A stretch of DNA of 64,000 bases from an uncultured virus (IMG/VR IMGVR_UViG_3300020185_000029) (taxonomy: Duplodnaviria > Heunggongvirae > Uroviricota > Caudoviricetes), in IMG/VR virus record IMGVR_UViG_3300020185_000029, positions 1-64,000 of that record. The stretch is one strand, 5' to 3'. The notes beneath the pieces were generated by a model. The model was not told the DNA's origin, did not search any database, and was given only the letters and a program-made list of their open reading frames with translations. Positions 58,004 to 64,000 of this stretch are shown one piece after another; position 1 is the stretch's first letter, and the number at the start of each line of letters is the position of its first letter. A program made the position numbers and the translations under genes.

Positions 58004-59233
58004 TTATGAACGACCTGCGTATCTCGCAGCAAGTTCTGCTGTTGTGACGGCTCCACTGAAGAATATGCCTTTTCCAGTTTCATCAACAGTACCAAGTGGG
58101 ACTTGGAATGTTACAGAACCGTTTCTTGCAGATCCGATATCAAGAGATGTATTTTCCGATTCGAAGGTAGCACCTCTAACAAAAATAGCGAATTGATCTG
58201 TATCTACCGAATTACCAGTACTTCCAGCAGTTACAATACTAAAGTCAAACTCAGTGTTCGATGTGCCGTTGAATAGATCAACAAGAGAACCTGTTGACAT
58301 ATCAGTGACATTAAAATCGAAGCTTACTGTTCCATCGATTGGTGTTTGCAATGGGCGAGCAAAAACGAATTGACTTCCTAGTCTTTCAAGGTTGTCACGA
58401 GCAACTGGAACGCTAACGGAAAACGAATTGATATTCGATTCTGTAATGTTAACACCCATGTTACCCGAAAGAGCATTGATGTTAAGTTTAATTCCACCTT
58501 GTTTGATGACCGCTGGCATTGTAGAACCTGCACCAGCAAAAGCTCCAGTGGAGTCTTGTGAGATTGCAGGAATATCATATTGCCACCCAGTAACCTTGTC
58601 TCCATTTTCTGGGAAAATTGCTGGAGAAATGTTGCCAGTACTATTAGAATTAACTACGTAATTAGAACCTTCAACAGAAACTGTAGATTCCATGAACCCA
58701 CCAACACTTGCGCTAACTTCATAATTAGTTATGAAGCCATTCGACAAGCAAACTACAAAGTCCTCTGAATCGGCAGAGGTATCTCCATAAACGGACTTAC
58801 CTTCTGGGACGAATTGTGCGAAATAGTTCTTGGAATCATTTGTAGAATCAAAGAATCCAGACAAGCAATTTCTCAAGCCACTTACATTTCCAGCAATAGT
58901 GGAAGTTTCAAGGGACACTGGAAATCCAAGAATAGCTTCGTTCAATCCATTATTAGTGAAATAAGTGAAATCGAAGGTTGGGGTCGGTGCAGAAGTAGCT
59001 AATTTGGCAAGAGTAGTAGCTTGTCCAAATTGATTAATGTTCTGAAGAGGGTTGTCGAAAGAGTCGGAGAACGACTGTACTCTGAATAGTGGTCTGATTT
59101 GGTTATCACCGCTTGATCCACTTAATAGATTGGTGTAACCGTAAAGACCATCTGCAAAGTGTCTGCCAGTTGCTGGCGAAGGGCCTACAAATAGGCCAGC
59201 ACTTTCATATCTTGTTTGAATTCTTTTTGCCAT
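58004..59233 (-). CDS. Major tail tube protein
   Basis: RVQSFSDSF...INQFGQ, VPVARDNLERLGS..FAR; sits before the tape measure and has its own terminator. Confidence 0.7.
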   Translation of the reverse strand: MAKRIQTRYESAGLFVGPSPATGRHFADGLYGYTNLLSGSSGDNQIRPLFRVQSFSDSFDNPLQNINQFGQATTLAKLATSAPTPTFDFTYFTNNGLNEAILGFPVSLETSTIAGNVSGLRNCLSGFFDSTNDSKNYFAQFVPEGKSVYGDTSADSEDFVVCLSNGFITNYEVSASVGGFMESTVSVEGSNYVVNSNSTGNISPAIFPENGDKVTGWQYDIPAISQDSTGAFAGAGSTMPAVIKQGGIKLNINALSGNMGVNITESNINSFSVSVPVARDNLERLGSQFVFARPLQTPIDGTVSFDFNVTDMSTGSLVDLFNGTSNTEFDFSIVTAGSTGNSVDTDQFAIFVRGATFESENTSLDIGSARNGSVTFQVPLGTVDETGKGIFFSGAVTTAELAARYAGRS

Positions 59234-59289
59234 AGTTTTAAAAAAGTTGGGTTATAATAGTTAATACATTTTATTTGCGAAATTGTGAA

Positions 59290-60126
59290 TCATTTTCTTG
59301 GGAACCTATAAGCTATAATCGAAAATTCTGCATAGCCTATATTAAACTCTGAAAATTCATTATCTACACTATTTGTAGAGTTTATAGTCACCTTATCAAT
59401 ATAAGCTTTTTCATACCCACCGCTAAATGCTGCGTTGATATCATTGTAGCTATATTCTGGATCTTTTAAGTCACCCTTAAAGTCCCAAGGTATTTTTTCA
59501 AAGTCTCCTACCGAAAAGTAATTTTCCCTCAAATCTCTAAATATAGATAAAGCTCCATCCAAATCATAGTAATTATCAGTTAAAACTAAAGTCTGTAAGT
59601 TATAAGTTACTTCATCTAGGCCACCAAATGCGAGAGGCTCGCTAGAGCTATTTTTAGAACTGACTATAATGCATGGGGCATTTATTCTCAAATTATTAGA
59701 TCCAGTTAAAAAGTTCAACGGGTCCTTGGACCTAAAAGCTTCTCTCAATAAAACCTGAGTTTCATTTTCTGGTTTAAAGTATACGTTAAAGTCCTTGTAT
59801 GCGAATGCTCCCGACACTGGAGAGTCTCCAAAGTCTTCATGATAAGCGCCACCATTTAAAAAGTCTATAGACAATCCACTAGTACCTCTATTCACCTCTT
59901 CGCCATTTACATAAACTCCACTTGGGATTATAGCACCAGTAATTGAGTGATCATAAACCCACTGACCATAAGGACTATTTGAAAAGGTTAGTCCATTAAT
60001 ATTATTTTGATCGTTTGGGTAAAAAATTCCAGTAGTATTAGTAAAAGCCTGCCCCTTCTCTAAGAGCCTGTTTTCTAGATATAGAGTAAAATAAGACCCT
60101 AGCTTATGATCGTATTGCGGTATCAT
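59290..60126 (-). CDS. Putative tail terminator/completion protein
   Basis: Position before the tail tube; PCIIV...PLAFGG motif. Confidence 0.5.
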   Translation of the reverse strand: MIPQYDHKLGSYFTLYLENRLLEKGQAFTNTTGIFYPNDQNNINGLTFSNSPYGQWVYDHSITGAIIPSGVYVNGEEVNRGTSGLSIDFLNGGAYHEDFGDSPVSGAFAYKDFNVYFKPENETQVLLREAFRSKDPLNFLTGSNNLRINAPCIIVSSKNSSSEPLAFGGLDEVTYNLQTLVLTDNYYDLDGALSIFRDLRENYFSVGDFEKIPWDFKGDLKDPEYSYNDINAAFSGGYEKAYIDKVTINSTNSVDNEFSEFNIGYAEFSIIAYRFPRK

Positions 60127-60689
60127 CTATTCCCCCCTCTAAGTTTTGTTTCAAAAATATCTCTTAATCTGTCTAGATACGAACTATCTCTTGGCTCACT
60201 CTCCCTGTTTATTGAGTTTTTAATCTGATAACCAAGCTCAGACCTACCAGCACCTGGCTTAAATAAGAATTTTTCAATACTTCCTAGCCCCTCCTGCAAC
60301 GCTTGCACCCAAGTCTTTGCAGTCCACGGTAGACTCAATCGATCATCATTATAAATTTCTGGCCTTGATGGATATTGTATTTGAAACTTGTAAAATGCTC
60401 TATTTTTATCTCTAGTAGTGCTAGGCCTAGTATTCAGTTGAATTTTTTCTTCGAAAGATTCTTTTATATCTTGCACTGGATTTTGTGATGGCTCTAAGCC
60501 GAAGTAACCTCTTGTTTTATCATCAGACTGAACCATTTGTGACGACCTATCAGAGCCAACCTCCGACAAAAACTGCCTCTTAGATCTTTTGAAATCGGCA
60601 GACATTTTTTTTATTGCGCTAGACCTAGCCTTTCTTCCAGTTAAGGCTTTCGTAATTTTCTTATTTATCTGTGCCTTGAAGATTGCCAT
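60123..60689 (-). CDS. Basic neck/tail completion protein
   Basis: Synteny in the head-tail joining cluster; K/R-rich. Confidence 0.45.
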   Translation of the reverse strand: MAIFKAQINKKITKALTGRKARSSAIKKMSADFKRSKRQFLSEVGSDRSSQMVQSDDKTRGYFGLEPSQNPVQDIKESFEEKIQLNTRPSTTRDKNRAFYKFQIQYPSRPEIYNDDRLSLPWTAKTWVQALQEGLGSIEKFLFKPGAGRSELGYQIKNSINRESEPRDSSYLDRLRDIFETKLRGGNR

Positions 60690-61132
60690 TAGTTAATTTT
60701 CTCTAGGAAGTAAGTGTAGAAGTTATTTTGCAGTAAGCCGTGTCTTCTTGGTTCTGAAATTAAATCATAAAACTCTTCATCCCAATAAACGTCCTTTGAG
60801 TCTTCTAAAAAATCTCTTCCCGTTATATCAGTTACTAGCTTAATTCTAGGGCTTGCTGCAACACTACCCTGATTTCCGTCTATTGGCTTAAATTCAGTAC
60901 CTCTGTCTAGATAATATGCCCTAGCCAAAAACATTCCACTGGTTTGAGTTTCAACAGTTTTACTATTCTCAATGCTATTTTGATAATAAGAGTTATGAGC
61001 GCTACTCTCACTAATAACAGTAGTAGTACCTTTTTTGATAGCAAATAATTTGTTTTTACTAGCAAAAAAATTATGCAAACTCATCATTCCATCATTAACA
61101 CTATCTTGCTGACTGTCGGTCAATACTATCAT
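60689..61132 (-). CDS. Putative head closure/stopper protein
   Basis: Small beta-rich ORF in the head-tail joining position. Confidence 0.45.
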   Translation of the reverse strand: MIVLTDSQQDSVNDGMMSLHNFFASKNKLFAIKKGTTTVISESSAHNSYYQNSIENSKTVETQTSGMFLARAYYLDRGTEFKPIDGNQGSVAASPRIKLVTDITGRDFLEDSKDVYWDEEFYDLISEPRRHGLLQNNFYTYFLEKIN

Positions 61133-61587
61133 TAATACTTGAAGCCAGTTAAATTCTCTTGAGGGTCTCTTGGTCCAGACCTATTATATTTATATAGATT
61201 TACTAAATCCGTAGACCTGCTATCCATATCTCTAGCAATTTTATATATCTCCACAGAGGAATCCTTACTCTTTTCAAAAGTAACTGAACTTTCGTCATCC
61301 TTTATAGAGACAATGTTTCCGCCACTAGAGCTTTTTATTAAGATATCCCTAGATAGATTTGTATAATACTCAACATAGTATAGAGACTTTAAGATGTCTT
61401 TTTCGTCTTGATGTAATAGAGGTGCATATTCTCCAGAATTTAAACTGTAGTTAGTAGAAATCTTATTGTTTAATTTCCCGACGTTGTATTCTAGCCAAAG
61501 GTTTATTCTATTTTGACTTGGTTCGCTAGGGAAATTTAACTCTTGATGAAGCTCATAAGCAACTCCTGTTAATTGGTACGTAGACAT
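61132..61587 (-). CDS. Putative head-tail adaptor
   Basis: Helical, with an IVSIKDDESSVTF hairpin; CTGTAATA motif 14 nt upstream. Confidence 0.5.
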   Translation of the reverse strand: MSTYQLTGVAYELHQELNFPSEPSQNRINLWLEYNVGKLNNKISTNYSLNSGEYAPLLHQDEKDILKSLYYVEYYTNLSRDILIKSSSGGNIVSIKDDESSVTFEKSKDSSVEIYKIARDMDSRSTDLVNLYKYNRSGPRDPQENLTGFKY

Positions 61588-61622
61588 AACTATTATTACA
61601 GTTAAAAAACCCTACAAAGAAA

Positions 61623-61946
61623 TTAAATCCCCTTCTTCAGAACTTCATCTAGCTTCTTTTGTTTGGTCTTAGTCAGCTTTTTTGATAAATCTTGATTCAT
61701 CAATTGGCCAGTAGATTTTCTGAATGCAGCCAAGCATTTTTTTTCAAAAGTTTCTCTACCTTTCAAGGATCTGTTTGGCTTAATACCAAATTCTTCTAAA
61801 CCATGCCTATATAGTTTTTCCATAGGCATCTTACTAATAAGAATTTTATAATCCAAAAACTGAGAAACACCTGCTACTGACTTTTTATTACCCAAAGCGC
61901 TTACCAAAGTATCACTGCCATTAATTTTTCCATTAATTTTTTCCAT
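61623..61946 (-). CDS. Basic hypothetical protein
   Basis: True start likely ATG 61946 (MEKINGK), 14 nt from CTGTATATA; the longer track ORF overlaps the capsid gene and terminator. Confidence 0.7.
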   Translation of the reverse strand: MEKINGKINGSDTLVSALGNKKSVAGVSQFLDYKILISKMPMEKLYRHGLEEFGIKPNRSLKGRETFEKKCLAAFRKSTGQLMNQDLSKKLTKTKQKKLDEVLKKGI

Positions 61947-61998
61947 ATTATTATATACAGGTGTAGCGTCCTTTTGGGAAAATTCTAAACTTAGGCAC

Positions 61999-62028
61999 AA
62001 AAAAATCCCGCCATTTCTGACGGGATTA
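61999..62028 (-). terminator. Rho-independent terminator after the major capsid gene
   Basis: ATCCCGTCA-GAAA-TGGCGGGAT followed by a T run. Confidence 0.9.
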
Positions 62029-62046
62029 GTTTTGATTTTATTAGTT

Positions 62047-63186
62047 CTAGATCGCGATAGCGAAGAGGTTTCTTGGCTCAACGCTAAGATAACCTGCTTC
62101 AGTTGTTCCGTAGAATCCAACCTTACCTTCTCTGGCAACAAACTGGTTGTCAGGAAGAGCATTGAATGTCGAACCACTTTCACTGTCGTTGATTTCAACC
62201 TTAACAAGACCGTTAACATCAACAGATCTGTTGATACCAAGAACGATTTGCTCAGTAGCACCATTGAATTGTGCTGTACCAGTTCCTGCATTATCAGGAT
62301 AAGCATTAGAACCTGCAAACGCATCGAAGATGGTATTGAAGTCCTGACCTACGCCCATTTCAACCATTTGGATGATGTTGCAACCATACAGGGTTGGGAT
62401 ACCAGCAGCACCATACACTTCGTTACGAAGCGAATCAGGAGCAGCAATGCCGTCCTCTGTGTTAGCAGGAGCGCCACCATCAGCAGCAACAGTATTCATT
62501 GGGTTATAAGCGATAGCGCGAATGTCTTCAACGATTTCAGGAGAAACTAGCAGATCAGTAATGCCACGAGCGCCCGAAGCGTTAGGAGTTCCGCCAAGAG
62601 CAGAAGTAACGATACGAGAAGCAAGAGTTTCAAGTCGGTTCAAGTCGGCAAGAACGAATCTGCCAGCTTGGTGCGAACGAGTAACGTGATACTGATCGTT
62701 AGTTTGAACATTAGCAACCGAATCAAGGATTGGCTGGATGCCTTGGCGCTTCATCTTGAAGCGAACTTCGTTGATCATCTTGCGAATACCATTTTCAGCG
62801 TGTTGAATACGTCCAGCCTTAAGATACTTACGATACATTGCGATAGCAGCTGTAACTACGAAAGTAGTGAAGGGGATGTCATCAGCACCAGTCAATTGGC
62901 TGTATGCAAGATCGCCTGGTTGGCTAGAGAATGTTACACGAACATAGTCTGGCTTATCGACGTTATAAAAATCATCGAGAGGAATAGTGCGAGGCTCAAA
63001 CTCTCCAACGGAAATAGTATCATACAAAGAATCGATGATATTAGTTTCGTCAAGAACCTTTCTTGCAAGAGGGCCAACTAGGTTTGCGAAAACCTTCATT
63101 GCTTTTGCAGAAGTTTCCTCGTCACTCGAACCCATTGCCTTAATAAGGGCGATTTGTTCTGGTTTTTCTTTTAGTTTAATTTTCAT
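62047..63186 (-). CDS. Major capsid protein (HK97 fold presumed)
   Basis: 379 aa; ITDLLVSPE..EDIR, GIPTLYGCNI and KVGFYG..EAG; strong terminator; position upstream of the neck genes. Confidence 0.75.
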   Translation of the reverse strand: MKIKLKEKPEQIALIKAMGSSDEETSAKAMKVFANLVGPLARKVLDETNIIDSLYDTISVGEFEPRTIPLDDFYNVDKPDYVRVTFSSQPGDLAYSQLTGADDIPFTTFVVTAAIAMYRKYLKAGRIQHAENGIRKMINEVRFKMKRQGIQPILDSVANVQTNDQYHVTRSHQAGRFVLADLNRLETLASRIVTSALGGTPNASGARGITDLLVSPEIVEDIRAIAYNPMNTVAADGGAPANTEDGIAAPDSLRNEVYGAAGIPTLYGCNIIQMVEMGVGQDFNTIFDAFAGSNAYPDNAGTGTAQFNGATEQIVLGINRSVDVNGLVKVEINDSESGSTFNALPDNQFVAREGKVGFYGTTEAGYLSVEPRNLFAIAI

Positions 63187-63205
63187 TTTAGTAATAACTT
63201 ATATT

Positions 63206-63793
63206 TTAGAGTGACAGTTGGATGAGAACATCAGACTGACGAGTGCCAGTGCTTGAGATAACTTTTCCGATTTGAAGAGCAGCGGCAGGAACAGCGCCTG
63301 TAACAACAACAGATGTATCAACAAGAGCAAATGTGCCAGCAGCTCCAGCCTTAAGACCAGAACCAGGAGCAGGAGTACCACCATTGACTTGATTTGCATC
63401 AATCCAAAATAGACCTTCTGTAGCAATTTGAACTGGCTTGCCAGAAGCAACGTAACCATTTTCGTCAGCCCAACGTTTGTTGAAGCCATCGACTTTATTC
63501 CCGTTAGCGTCTACAGTAGCAGTGCCTTCGAGGGTGATGCCAAGAACCTGAGCAGAAGTATCTCCTGCTGCGGCTTTAGCGACTGAATATGGAGCTACTT
63601 GCTGATTGCTGTAGATACCATCATAGGAACCTCCTACTGGGGATGAGCTGTAATAAGTGTCACTGTCAGGATCGTACGAAGAAACCTTAACGAGATGACC
63701 AGCCTGACCAGTGAAGTCCGTGCGGAACTCAGAAACGATCTTATGAGGAGGAACGTTGCGAGTTGGTTTTAGGATTAGGTCTTTATATGCCAT
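63206..63793 (-). CDS. Putative head decoration/cement protein
   Basis: Lies between the scaffold-like gene and the capsid; VLGITL...VASGKPVQIATEG...QIGKVI. Confidence 0.55.
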   Translation of the reverse strand: MAYKDLILKPTRNVPPHKIVSEFRTDFTGQAGHLVKVSSYDPDSDTYYSSSPVGGSYDGIYSNQQVAPYSVAKAAAGDTSAQVLGITLEGTATVDANGNKVDGFNKRWADENGYVASGKPVQIATEGLFWIDANQVNGGTPAPGSGLKAGAAGTFALVDTSVVVTGAVPAAALQIGKVISSTGTRQSDVLIQLSL

Positions 63794-63816
63794 AATTTAT
63801 TTTTTTTATGTTTTTT

Positions 63817-64000
63817 TTATTTACCCGCAAGTTCGAATTCGAAGTTTTCAAATTCATCTTTAAGGGATTTGTATTCATGTTGAGAGTTAGTAACTTCTTC
63901 TGTTGCTGAATTGGAAGCTTCGGTGATTACCGCCTCTGCTTCTTCTTCCGCCGCAGCTTCTGCTACACACTCTTCGGTTTCTTCTGAATCGGACTCTTCT
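63817..64000 (-). CDS. 3' end of an acidic scaffold-like gene (partial)
   Basis: Manual translation EESDSEETEECVAEAAAEEEAEAVITEAS...FELAGK*; position upstream of the decoration and capsid genes. Confidence 0.55.
   Translation of the reverse strand, partial: EESDSEETEECVAEAAAEEEAEAVITEASNSATEEVTNSQHEYKSLKDEFENFEFELAGK

Noticed and set aside
61947..62324. N-terminal extension of track ORF 61623..62324
   Set aside because: It overlaps the capsid gene and crosses its terminator; ATG 61946 with the late motif is the better start.
1..64000. Stop-codon reassignment
   Set aside because: Long ORFs tile the window under the standard code, and TAA, TAG and TGA all end recognisable genes.

Overview
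This AT-rich window comes from a large tailed dsDNA phage, probably siphovirus-like: it has a tail tube and a 1922-aa tape measure but no sheath gene. There are three transcription blocks. (1) Minus strand, 1-10236: small accessory genes, a DUF4376-like protein, a sulfotransferase, three tandem BspA-type LRR genes with a shared N-terminal module, a GT4 glycosyltransferase and a sigma70-family factor. (2) Plus strand, 10315-34289: an HTH initiator-like gene followed by a palindrome cluster, a glycosyl/methyltransferase run, a class Id-type ribonucleotide reductase, gmd, a RecA-like ATPase, DnaB, DnaG, nucleases, split HldE-like enzymes, SSB and a split GT9-like transferase. (3) Minus strand, 34327-64000: tail and head morphogenesis genes, ending in the major capsid and the 3' end of a scaffold-like gene. 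Terminase, portal, DNA polymerase, integrase, tRNAs and CRISPR arrays were not seen. The leading hypothesis is a phage-encoded virion glycosylation system: exterior tail proteins are strongly enriched in Ser/Thr-Gly (about 140 in one 1745-aa protein by manual count), and the window encodes about eight glycosyltransferase-like genes plus sugar-activating, methylating and sulfating enzymes. Also notable are a modular LRR adhesin cassette, an 872-bp repeat-flanked methyltransferase module and two recurring promoter classes. All family assignments come from motif recognition by eye; no searches were run.
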